This document shows, one piece after another, positions 47,834-57,044 of a stretch of 64,000 bases of DNA (the first letter of the stretch is position 1; every line of letters begins with the position of its first letter). The translations under genes were made by a program, and so were the position numbers. Source of the DNA: Minisyncoccota bacterium (GTDB lineage Bacteria > Patescibacteriota > Minisyncoccia > Phycocordibacterales > UBA9973); the NCBI GenBank assembly GCA_021734995.1, contig JAIPHX010000004.1:18115-82114 (forward strand), given 5' to 3'. The notes beneath the pieces are model-generated. The model did no database searches and was not told where the DNA came from. It was given only the letters and a program-made list of their open reading frames with translations.

Positions 47834-48556
47834 TTACAAAAAGCTTTTAAACCAAACCAATGTATTCTTAAACAATGAATTTTGTACAACATCTGAGTCA
47901 TTAAAAAGGTGTGTAGCCTTCGGGATAATTTTGAATTTTTTCTGATTTAAATTAAACTTATAATAATTAAAAGCTTTTTTAACCAATGTTCCATTACCAG
48001 CAACAGCAACTAAGATGGGACATTTGAAATTTTTGGCTAAAAAATCCCATTTTAAGTTATTTGTTTCATCAATTAATTTTTTACTAAAAACAGTTGTAAG
48101 CCCCCAAGGCATGATATAACCATCTAATTCTTTAATATATTTACCTATCTTTTTATTAAACATAAATTTATAAGACGGGTCCCATAGAGCAACAGCATCA
48201 AAATTTTGATCTTTGGAAGAAAAGATAACAGGACCTCCAAAACTATGCCCAACAATAAACACCTTTTGAAAACCAAGTTTACGAAAATATCTAACTGTTT
48301 GATCAACATCAAAACCGGAAGTTTTTAAATCACAGTCTATGAATTGACGCGCTTTCGGTCTCCAATCATAAAGATTCAAACGAAAAGTGGCAAATCCATT
48401 ATCCGCAAAAAAGTTAACAGCATCATGAATTAATTTTTCTTCCATATCTCCTGTAAGACCATGAACTATCACAAATAAAGGCTTAGCAAAATCCCCTTTT
48501 AATTTTCCATATAAATATACATCTTTAGCGACTTTAATTTTTACTAATTTTTCCAT
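47834..48556 (-). CDS. alpha/beta-fold hydrolase
   Basis: Nucleophile elbow GHSFGG (IVGHSFGGPV); 240 aa; start is 2 nt after the oxidoreductase stop. Confidence 0.6.
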   Translation of the reverse strand: MEKLVKIKVAKDVYLYGKLKGDFAKPLFVIVHGLTGDMEEKLIHDAVNFFADNGFATFRLNLYDWRPKARQFIDCDLKTSGFDVDQTVRYFRKLGFQKVFIVGHSFGGPVIFSSKDQNFDAVALWDPSYKFMFNKKIGKYIKELDGYIMPWGLTTVFSKKLIDETNNLKWDFLAKNFKCPILVAVAGNGTLVKKAFNYYKFNLNQKKFKIIPKATHLFNDSDVVQNSLFKNTLVWFKSFL

Positions 48557-48577
48557 TTTAAAATATATACTTTTTAA

Positions 48578-50305
48578 TTAATACACCTCTTTATTATAAC
48601 ACCCCTCACAATATACTATCTCTGGTCTATCTGGAGCATATGAGGTTTCGAATTCTTCTGTGCACTTCCCTGCATGCCCATGTTTGTCTTTGTCACACAT
48701 ACAAGAACGGTGCCAGAGTTTCATTGGGTTTAATCTCTCTAATCTTTTTTTATACCTTTCATCTTGATGCAATCTAGGTAAAGGTAAATCCATTCTCTTA
48801 TAAAATTCAAATTCTGATTGTAAAATGCGATAAGATTTCCCTGAAACAGAACATTGAATAATATGTTCAGTAATATCTTCTTTTGTATCCTTTATATCAA
48901 TTGGTAATTCCTCAGCTTTAATTGTCGGCATGTATCTTTTTACCTCTACTTCTCCATAATCTATACCAAACTTTGTTAAAAATTCTTTATCTTTTGGCAT
49001 TAAATCAAATAATACTGATTCAGTATAACTAAAAGGAGAAAATTCTGGAGGGAAAAATTCTCCATATTTATAAATATGTCCAACTTTACCAACATAAGGC
49101 ATATCATTCATATGCTTTTTAATTTTCTCTATCATTTCAAAATATTTTTCCTTAGAATACTGTTTATTTAAAATACAATATTGCTTATTTTTTAAACCTA
49201 CACAACCAAAAAGATCAGCCGAGGAACCACAATAATCAGTATATTCTGAGTTTATTAATGCTGGCATACCATAAATAGTAAAAAACAAATTATTACCGAG
49301 ATCTGAACCCCCTGTAGCATGTTCATAAATTAATTCACCTCTACCTTTATGTGTTACATCCATAGCATCTTTTAATCCTCCTGGACATCTAAAACCATAT
49401 TTTACATTTTCAACACCGGCACAAGAAAAACAATATTTTGCATTTTTAGAAGAGAAAATATTATCTCCCGTAGAGTTAATAGAATTTAAAATATGACCAT
49501 ATTGTCTTGGCAATTTTAAATTAAATTTATAAAATTCTTTTTGGAAATTAACCAAAGTTTCATAATTACCTAAATTTAAATCTTTCAACTTTTTTTCATA
49601 TTCCTCTTTAGAATACTGTTCATTTAAAATACAAAATCTTTTGTTTCGTAAATTAACACAACCTATACAATCTTGACAATTTCTACAATTAATTAAAAAC
49701 CGAGAAGAAACACAGTTACTAGAAAAATCACAAAAAGCACAATCATAATTTTTAGTAGAATCGATACACTCATAAATAATATTACTATCTTGAGCTAAAT
49801 ATGTATCGTAAATATCTTTTGATTTTGATATATTATTTGAATAAAAAATATTTTCAGAATCCCAAATAACAGAATATGAAAGATAAACATTTTTTACATC
49901 TTGAATCATATTGGCATACTCAGAATTTATATTCTTGCCGTTTTGCCCTACTGCTGGACGAGGAACATTTTTAAATAATTCATTAAATTGAGTAAAAAAA
50001 TCTTTATTAAAATCAACGTCTAAAGCATAGGTTTGTGGATCCCATTCATCTTTTTTCCAACAGTCTACACAATATACATTAAAAATAGATTCTGGACTAT
50101 AAACAGAAATAGTCTTTTTGCTACACAATGCACAATTTCTATGATACAACCTTCTTTCGTTTCTCCAAATCAATCTTCTAAAGAACCTACACTCCGGACA
50201 AAAAGTAGGTGGTGGTACTTTGATCTTTTGATAGAAAAGAAAGTCTTCTGACTCTATTATAAAGTCATTTTTGCAGTTTTGGCAGTTTTTAGTTTCTGGT
50301 GACAT
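48578..50305 (-). CDS. Cys-rich paralogue family protein 3
   Basis: Same terminal zinc-ribbon motifs; internal CxxCxxCxxC (CRNCQDCIGC); duplicated …C.LN.QYSKEEY… modules. Confidence 0.6.
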   Translation of the reverse strand: MSPETKNCQNCKNDFIIESEDFLFYQKIKVPPPTFCPECRFFRRLIWRNERRLYHRNCALCSKKTISVYSPESIFNVYCVDCWKKDEWDPQTYALDVDFNKDFFTQFNELFKNVPRPAVGQNGKNINSEYANMIQDVKNVYLSYSVIWDSENIFYSNNISKSKDIYDTYLAQDSNIIYECIDSTKNYDCAFCDFSSNCVSSRFLINCRNCQDCIGCVNLRNKRFCILNEQYSKEEYEKKLKDLNLGNYETLVNFQKEFYKFNLKLPRQYGHILNSINSTGDNIFSSKNAKYCFSCAGVENVKYGFRCPGGLKDAMDVTHKGRGELIYEHATGGSDLGNNLFFTIYGMPALINSEYTDYCGSSADLFGCVGLKNKQYCILNKQYSKEKYFEMIEKIKKHMNDMPYVGKVGHIYKYGEFFPPEFSPFSYTESVLFDLMPKDKEFLTKFGIDYGEVEVKRYMPTIKAEELPIDIKDTKEDITEHIIQCSVSGKSYRILQSEFEFYKRMDLPLPRLHQDERYKKRLERLNPMKLWHRSCMCDKDKHGHAGKCTEEFETSYAPDRPEIVYCEGCYNKEVY

Positions 50306-50337
50306 AAATAAAGTATATATAATAAAGGATAATTAAT

Positions 50338-51252
50338 CTAATATTTATCTTCAGGGTACAGATACCTCCTGATCTTAATAGAATAGTCTCCCATATCTCC
50401 TATTTTTTCTGAGATATCTGAAATAAAATATTTTTCTCGAGCTTCTTTGATAGGAAGATCTGTGTCCAATAAACCAACTCTCAGAGCAAGGTCATCAGCT
50501 GAAGCTGTAAGCCATAAACGCCAAGAAAACATTGATATTCTATTTGAAGTTATCTTATTTATATGTCTTACTATACTTGAAGTACAGTTTGCATAAAAAG
50601 TGTTGTACCATGATCTGTCAGTAGAGTTTAGCTCATTCATTCTTTCCAACATATCAACAAGTAACAACCGAGCATTTTTGTTTTCAGTTAATTTCACAGG
50701 ATACACATATACCTTATCTTTTCTAACATTTGCTCTTAAAAGCATTACATCTCTTTCGTCTGCTGGAATATACATCAATGGATACGTATGCAACATCCCC
50801 TTCCAAATACTAAAATTTTGTTCTTTAGTTTTCCGTGCTTCTATGCTAATAGCTAAAAAATCTCCGTTAGTAAACTCAAAAGAAAGAAAAGTATGTGCCG
50901 CAAAAGTAGCTTCATTAAAAGGCTCTGATACATACCACACTTTTTTGATCTCTCTTAAATCATAAGTTTTATCATAATAAGCAGGAATCATATCTTTTTC
51001 TGTAGGAAAATATCTAAAATTTCTGACATTTTTAATAGTCACAAAATCATCATTAAATTCTGCTTTAGCTAAGATAGCTAAATGCTCTTGCCAATCACCT
51101 TCTGTTGGAACTTCTTTGGAAATTTGCCAAAACACAAAAAGACAAAAAATACATATTAAAATATACAAAATTCTAAAAAATAAAGTATTCTTAATAAAAT
51201 TAAATTTTAAATTCATTATCTTACAAATTAATAGACTTCTTTGGTATAACAC
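50338..51252 (-). CDS. membrane-anchored DUF4105/Lnb-like protein
   Basis: N-terminal TM helix; the …WYNTFYANCTSSIV… segment resembles the conserved NCT motif of DUF4105 (Lnb N-acyltransferase-like) proteins. Assignment is tentative. Confidence 0.35.
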   Translation of the reverse strand: MLYQRSLLICKIMNLKFNFIKNTLFFRILYILICIFCLFVFWQISKEVPTEGDWQEHLAILAKAEFNDDFVTIKNVRNFRYFPTEKDMIPAYYDKTYDLREIKKVWYVSEPFNEATFAAHTFLSFEFTNGDFLAISIEARKTKEQNFSIWKGMLHTYPLMYIPADERDVMLLRANVRKDKVYVYPVKLTENKNARLLLVDMLERMNELNSTDRSWYNTFYANCTSSIVRHINKITSNRISMFSWRLWLTASADDLALRVGLLDTDLPIKEAREKYFISDISEKIGDMGDYSIKIRRYLYPEDKY

Positions 51253-52925
51253 CCTTCACAGTACACTATTTCCTTGCTTTCTGGAGCATAAGCTGAATCC
51301 ATTGTCTCTCCGCATTTTGAACAATTAGCTTTATAAAGTCTTTGGGATAAAGTATTTTGGAAACGAACCAGCCTACGACATTCAGGGCATTTTCTAGGAA
51401 TTGCAATATTTAATCTTTTTAATAACTCAAACTCACCTTTTACTATTCTAAAACATTTTCCACATTCACATTTTATAACCTCATTTAAAATATCATTAGA
51501 ATTATTAATATCATTCGGTAGATCAGAATATTTAACAGTAGGAGTATATTCATTTGGAATGGGTTCAAACCATTTTAAGTGATTTTCTTCACATTTTTCT
51601 TTCGTCATAGGAAAATATTGATTTGCCATTGTTTCATTATAAGCAAAAATAGAAAATTCTTCTGGGAAAAATTCTCCGTATTTATATACTAAACCCTTTT
51701 TACTAATATAAGGATTACTGTTCATATTTTTAATAATTTCTTCTTTCAGTTTTAAAAACTCATCTTTTGTATATTGCTTATTTAAAATACAATATTCTTT
51801 TTTCTTTAAATTAACACACCCGAAAGTATTTTTACAAGAAGTAGTGTAATAACAATATTCATTGTTTAATGAATCGGGATAATTCCCAAAAGAAAATTTT
51901 ATATTAGATGCTCCATGCCCTGCTACTGCCACTTCATACATTCTTTCAACATTACCTCCCCAACAAGTATAATCATAAGAATCTTTTGTACGAGGGACTG
52001 AGATCAATTGAACATAACGAGAATCTTCTACGCTAGTTATCATATAAGCATCCTGAGTATTTTTTGATTCATACGCATAATTACCGACTACATTTACATT
52101 CAAACTATTGGTATATAGACACCTATTGGGTAATGTAAGCCAAAAAGCTTTCGCTTCTTCAAGATATTTTAAAATGTTTGAGTATAAATTCAAATTTACT
52201 TTTTTCATAAATTCAAAATATTCTTCTTTGGAGTATTGTTGGTTAAAAATACAATATGATTTTTTCTTTAAATTCATACATCCAAAACAATTAATACAAG
52301 AGGAGCAATTTTTGGAAAATAAAACCTCTACACAGTTATCACATTCTTGAGAAAAAAGAGTTTGGTAACATTTATGCAGGCCCGCAGATTCATAACATAA
52401 TTCTGATTCTTTAATACGAAAACAATCCGCTGAATCTTTTAAACCATCTACAAAATCAGAATAAAAACAATTTTCGGCATAATCCACAAAAAAGCAAAGA
52501 TAACAATTTTTTAAATCAGAAGTATAGTTAGTATATTCACTATTAATTAGCTTGGAATAAGTAGAATCCAAAGACATGAAAGGAGTTTTGTTTATTAATT
52601 CTTCAACTTGCTCTAAAAAAGGACGAGAAGAATCATAATCCATACTATACTCAGTACCATCCCATTTATCAGCCCACCAGCACTTTGAACAAAAAACTTT
52701 TTGTTTCTTGTCTTTGTGAACCATTGAAATAATATTCAAGCCACAGCTATCACAAATTCTTTTATACAAAGAATATATATTCATGAAAGACAGTCTGCGT
52801 TTCAACCTACACTCCGGACAAAAAGTAGGTGGTGGTACCTTAATCTTCTCATAGAAAAGAAAATCTTCCGGCTCTATTATGAAGTCTTTTTTACAGTTTT
52901 GGCAGTTTTTAGTTTCTGGTGGCAT
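51228..52925 (-). CDS. Cys-rich paralogue family protein 4 (divergent C-terminal region)
   Basis: Canonical N-terminus; C-terminus …CSKCGETMDSAYAPESKEIVYCEGCYTKEVY; internal CxxCxxCxxC (CSSCINCFGC). Overlaps the DUF4105-like gene by 25 nt. Confidence 0.6.
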   Translation of the reverse strand: MPPETKNCQNCKKDFIIEPEDFLFYEKIKVPPPTFCPECRLKRRLSFMNIYSLYKRICDSCGLNIISMVHKDKKQKVFCSKCWWADKWDGTEYSMDYDSSRPFLEQVEELINKTPFMSLDSTYSKLINSEYTNYTSDLKNCYLCFFVDYAENCFYSDFVDGLKDSADCFRIKESELCYESAGLHKCYQTLFSQECDNCVEVLFSKNCSSCINCFGCMNLKKKSYCIFNQQYSKEEYFEFMKKVNLNLYSNILKYLEEAKAFWLTLPNRCLYTNSLNVNVVGNYAYESKNTQDAYMITSVEDSRYVQLISVPRTKDSYDYTCWGGNVERMYEVAVAGHGASNIKFSFGNYPDSLNNEYCYYTTSCKNTFGCVNLKKKEYCILNKQYTKDEFLKLKEEIIKNMNSNPYISKKGLVYKYGEFFPEEFSIFAYNETMANQYFPMTKEKCEENHLKWFEPIPNEYTPTVKYSDLPNDINNSNDILNEVIKCECGKCFRIVKGEFELLKRLNIAIPRKCPECRRLVRFQNTLSQRLYKANCSKCGETMDSAYAPESKEIVYCEGCYTKEVY

Positions 52926-52945
52926 AAATATATATAATTTTTTAA

Positions 52946-54688
52946 TTAATACACCTCTTTATTATAACACCCCTCACAATATACTATCTCTGGTCTATCT
53001 GGAGCATATGAGGTTTCGAATTCTTCTGTGCACTTCCCTACATGCCCATGTTTGTCTTTATCACACATACAAGAGCGGTGCCAGAGTTTCATTGGGTTAC
53101 GTTTAGCAAGTCTTTCTTCATGACGGCAAAAAAAACATAACCTAGGTAACGGTACTTTTAATCTTTTGTATAAATTAAATTCTCCTGAAGTAATTTTAAA
53201 AGAACCACGACAATATAAATTATTTTTATCAAAATTTAAACATTGGATTACTTCTTTTAGAATAGAATCATCAACATCAGATAATTTATCTTTTAAATCT
53301 TGAGACTTCATTGTGGGGATATAATCAAGTTTATTTAATTCTTTCCATTTATAACCCAATTCTTGTGCCTTTTCTTTTGTTGATGGAAAATAATCCTGTG
53401 CCTGAGTTTGATTATATGCAAATGGGCTTAATTCCGATGGAAAGAATTCTCCATACTTATATACTCTGCCTTTACTATCTATATATGGCATATCATTCAT
53501 ATGCTTTATTATTTTTGGGACTAATTCTTCGTATTCTTCTTTAGTGTATTGTTTGTTTAAAATACAATATTTTTTGTTACGGAGACCAATGCAAGCGAAT
53601 AGATTATTTGAATTATAACAATTGAAAGAATACTGCACTTCAGAAGAGTAATATACCACACTGCAAAAATACAAAGAAACCCCTCCTGCATCAAAAAACT
53701 CATAATTATTTTCAGACAAAAATACTCCTGGTCCACCATCATAACAATCTTTTGAATTAAAACCTCCCCAATGAACATATTTTGAATTTTCTAAAATATC
53801 CGTACAATCAAAACAATATTGAGAATTTTTTACATCTATTAGATTGTCACCTGAAGAATTTAAAGTATTTACTTTAAAATTAGCCCGATGCAAAGATTGC
53901 AAATACAAGCTTAAAAATTTTTCTTTTAATGCTTGGACATTTTTATAACTATCCAAATCAATCTCCGAAATTCTTTTTTTATATTCTTCAGCGCTCAACT
54001 GTTCATTCCACATACAATACGACTTACTTCTTAGGTTTGTACAACCCAGACAATCTGTACAATTAACACAATCATATAAGAAATAAGAATCAACACAGTT
54101 TTTTGATTGTATTGAGTACAAAAGATGATATGAATCAGAAATTGCTACAGAATCAAAACACAATTCAGAATTATTTATGATATAACAATCAATACAATCT
54201 TTAATCTTCCTAACTCTATTTAAATAAAAACTATTTTCTATTCCCCAAGAACCAGAACACATATAGCTATCTTTGGACTCATGTGCAATATTACAATAAT
54301 CTGAATTAACAGCGCTAGAGTTAGATAATGCCTGAAATGGTACATTGTTTCTAAATTCATTCCATTGTTCAAAAAAAGATTTTGAAAAATCATAATCTAC
54401 CCCAAAACTCATAGAGTCCCATTCATCCCCCCACCAATATTGATTATCGTAAATTTTAATTTCAGATTCTGGTGGATATAAACTAATTAATTTTTCATTA
54501 TGCCCAGGAATATTACAATCTTTTTTAAAAAGATTCATTTCATTTCGCCAGCATAAACGTCTGACCATTCTACACTCCGGACAAAAAGTAGGTGGTGGCA
54601 CCTTAATCTTCTCATAGAAAAGAAAATCTTCCGGCTCTATTATGAAGTCGTTTTTGCAATTTTGACAGTTTTTAGTTTCTTGTAGCAT
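52946..54688 (-). CDS. Cys-rich paralogue family protein 5
   Basis: Same termini as paralogues 2 and 3; internal CVNCTDCLGC. Confidence 0.6.
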   Translation of the reverse strand: MLQETKNCQNCKNDFIIEPEDFLFYEKIKVPPPTFCPECRMVRRLCWRNEMNLFKKDCNIPGHNEKLISLYPPESEIKIYDNQYWWGDEWDSMSFGVDYDFSKSFFEQWNEFRNNVPFQALSNSSAVNSDYCNIAHESKDSYMCSGSWGIENSFYLNRVRKIKDCIDCYIINNSELCFDSVAISDSYHLLYSIQSKNCVDSYFLYDCVNCTDCLGCTNLRSKSYCMWNEQLSAEEYKKRISEIDLDSYKNVQALKEKFLSLYLQSLHRANFKVNTLNSSGDNLIDVKNSQYCFDCTDILENSKYVHWGGFNSKDCYDGGPGVFLSENNYEFFDAGGVSLYFCSVVYYSSEVQYSFNCYNSNNLFACIGLRNKKYCILNKQYTKEEYEELVPKIIKHMNDMPYIDSKGRVYKYGEFFPSELSPFAYNQTQAQDYFPSTKEKAQELGYKWKELNKLDYIPTMKSQDLKDKLSDVDDSILKEVIQCLNFDKNNLYCRGSFKITSGEFNLYKRLKVPLPRLCFFCRHEERLAKRNPMKLWHRSCMCDKDKHGHVGKCTEEFETSYAPDRPEIVYCEGCYNKEVY

Positions 54689-54702
54689 TTTATAAATATT
54701 TT

Positions 54703-56370
54703 TTAACTTATATTTTGTTTATAACAATCTTCACAAGCAATTTTTTGATAATTCCATTTTACATCATAAAAAGCAGTAATTTCTTTTTTACAAAATGTAC
54801 AGTAGTATAAATATGGATTCAAAACAGAAAAAAGCTTAAACTGATTTTTAATTCTAAGATCAAAATGATATCTCGGTAATGGAATATTATTTTCTTTATA
54901 AAATGCAAGCTCATTTCTAGCAACATTAAATCTCCAACCAGTTTCTTTGCATATGAGTGCTTTTGTAATAATATCATCCTCCACATCTTTTATATGGTCT
55001 GGTAAATCATCAGTAGATAGTCCTTCAATATGAGCCTCATTTATAGTAAGCCAGTACCCTCCCAAAGATTTTATTTCTTTTTCTTCTGTCTCTTGAAAAT
55101 AAAAATAAGCAGTTGATAAATTAAACGGACATAAGCTCATGTTATATGGCAGAAATTTGCCATATTCTCCTCTTGCCTTCATATCATTAATAATCTTATT
55201 TTTTAAATGATAAAATTCTTCTTCAGAATATTGCTTGTTTAAAATACAATATTTTTGTTTTTTGAGACCGACACATCCAAAACAAGAATCACATTCAACA
55301 CACAAATCAAGATATTCAGAATTTCTGGAAGAAGACCATATTGAATATTTTAAAGAGTAAGCTTGCACACAACAACTACAATTTCCCAGAAGCTCTGAAT
55401 GCCAGCATCCATCTGCATCAATATTTGACTTATTTTTAAGACCTCGAGTACAATTAAAACATTCTTCAGAATCAGATACTGTATTGCAATTATGACAATC
55501 CTTGGTAGACATAAGATAATTTCCAAAAGAATTTTGCACTTTTAAATTAAAGTTTTCTCTATGTACCACTTCTTTTTGAATTATTTCGTGAAATCTTTTT
55601 TTTAATTCTTGAACATTATCATAAGAACCTAAATCATATTCTTTTAGTTTATTTTCATACTCTTCTTTTGAATATTGCACATTTTCTATACAAAATCGTT
55701 TATTTCTTAAATTCCAAGACATAAAACAATCTTGACAATTTCTACAATCATATAAAAAATATGAATCTATACAATCTTTTGAATGATATGAATAAAAAAC
55801 CTTAAAACAATTGGAACAATCAGAAATTTCATAACATTTTTCAGAAGTATAAGAGACAATAGAATCAATACTATTTTTAACCTTAATATTTCTATAAGAA
55901 TAATATAAATTCTCACATTCTTCCATTGCCCTAGATAAATAACAATTTTTTGAACTCCATACATCATCACACCATTCACAATTAGTATTACTAGAACCCA
56001 TTTGGTGAGGTCTCGGAATTTTTTCTTGAAGTTCTTTTAGTTGTTCAAAAAAAGAACGAGATGGATTATAATCGCATCCATAATCTTTCGCATCCCATTT
56101 ATCTCCATACCATTCAGAGATAGAATAAATCGGGTATCTTGCATTTTCAGGCAAAATAGTGATTAATCCATCTCCAGATAAATCAGAAGTTCCTTTTCTA
56201 AATTTTCCAAAAACCCAAAAAGACAAATGTTGCTTTAATCTACACTGATGACACGTAGTTGGAATTTCAGTTTGAGTTTTAGCATACAAGTTTAATTCCC
56301 CTATTTCTATAGTAAAATTTTTTTGACAATACTGACAAATCTTATTCTCCTTTTGTGCCTTTATATTCAT
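54703..56370 (-). CDS. Cys-rich paralogue family protein 6 (most divergent member)
   Basis: N-terminal CQYCQKNFTIEIGELNLYAK…TCHQCR; internal CRNCQDC; C-terminal …YYCTFCKK…IACEDCY. The start overlaps the grpE 3' end by 29 nt. Confidence 0.55.
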   Translation of the reverse strand: MNIKAQKENKICQYCQKNFTIEIGELNLYAKTQTEIPTTCHQCRLKQHLSFWVFGKFRKGTSDLSGDGLITILPENARYPIYSISEWYGDKWDAKDYGCDYNPSRSFFEQLKELQEKIPRPHQMGSSNTNCEWCDDVWSSKNCYLSRAMEECENLYYSYRNIKVKNSIDSIVSYTSEKCYEISDCSNCFKVFYSYHSKDCIDSYFLYDCRNCQDCFMSWNLRNKRFCIENVQYSKEEYENKLKEYDLGSYDNVQELKKRFHEIIQKEVVHRENFNLKVQNSFGNYLMSTKDCHNCNTVSDSEECFNCTRGLKNKSNIDADGCWHSELLGNCSCCVQAYSLKYSIWSSSRNSEYLDLCVECDSCFGCVGLKKQKYCILNKQYSEEEFYHLKNKIINDMKARGEYGKFLPYNMSLCPFNLSTAYFYFQETEEKEIKSLGGYWLTINEAHIEGLSTDDLPDHIKDVEDDIITKALICKETGWRFNVARNELAFYKENNIPLPRYHFDLRIKNQFKLFSVLNPYLYYCTFCKKEITAFYDVKWNYQKIACEDCYKQNIS

Positions 56371-56983
56371 ATATATTTACTCTCGCTGGTCGCAAAACTC
56401 TTTCACCAAGCTTGTATCCTTTTTGAATTACTTGAGCTATTTTATGATCATATTCTTTTTTATCAGTTTCTACTACTTCTACAGAATGATGGAGATTTGG
56501 ATCAAATGATTCATTCTCTTTACCTATCTCTCGGACTCCATACTCTTCAAAAACAGCATTCATTTGAGAATATATATATTCTACTCCTTTACGCCAATTT
56601 TCATCTACTTTCTCCCATGATTCTTTGTTGGCAAAAGCCATATTAAAACTATCAGCTACTGTCAAAAATCTTCCCAAGATTCTTTCTCGGACAGCTTCAG
56701 AAAAATTACTCTTTCTTAGCTCTTCGTCTTTTTTATAATTAGCAAAATCAGCTCTTTCTTTTTGCCAACCTGCTAGATATTCAGATTTTTCTTTTTGAGC
56801 ATCTTTCAATTGCGCACGGAGTTTTTTGAGTGTTTTTTTTAAATCTTCTTCTCCATCTTCGTTGTATTCAAACTCTACAATATCTTCATCGGAATCCTCG
56901 CTGGAGTCTTGTATTTCAGGCATTTTTTCCAATTCCTCTTCTATGTTTGCATTATTTTTTTGTGTTTCATCTTTTTTAGTCAT
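56342..56983 (-). CDS. grpE: nucleotide exchange factor GrpE
   Basis: Acidic N-terminal tail, coiled-coil, and C-terminal …GYKLGERVLRPARVNIYE typical of GrpE. Confidence 0.8.
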   Translation of the reverse strand: MTKKDETQKNNANIEEELEKMPEIQDSSEDSDEDIVEFEYNEDGEEDLKKTLKKLRAQLKDAQKEKSEYLAGWQKERADFANYKKDEELRKSNFSEAVRERILGRFLTVADSFNMAFANKESWEKVDENWRKGVEYIYSQMNAVFEEYGVREIGKENESFDPNLHHSVEVVETDKKEYDHKIAQVIQKGYKLGERVLRPARVNIYEYKGTKGE

Positions 56984-57007
56984 ATTTTTATATTAGCATA
57001 CTTTTAA

Positions 57008-57038
57008 AAAACAAAAAGCCCCTTGTGAGGGCTTTTTT
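57008..57038 (-). terminator. intrinsic terminator downstream of rpsI
   Basis: AGCCCcttgtgaGGGCT hairpin with a U-run on the minus strand, between the rpsI stop and the grpE start. Confidence 0.45.
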
Positions 57039-57044
57039 GATATC

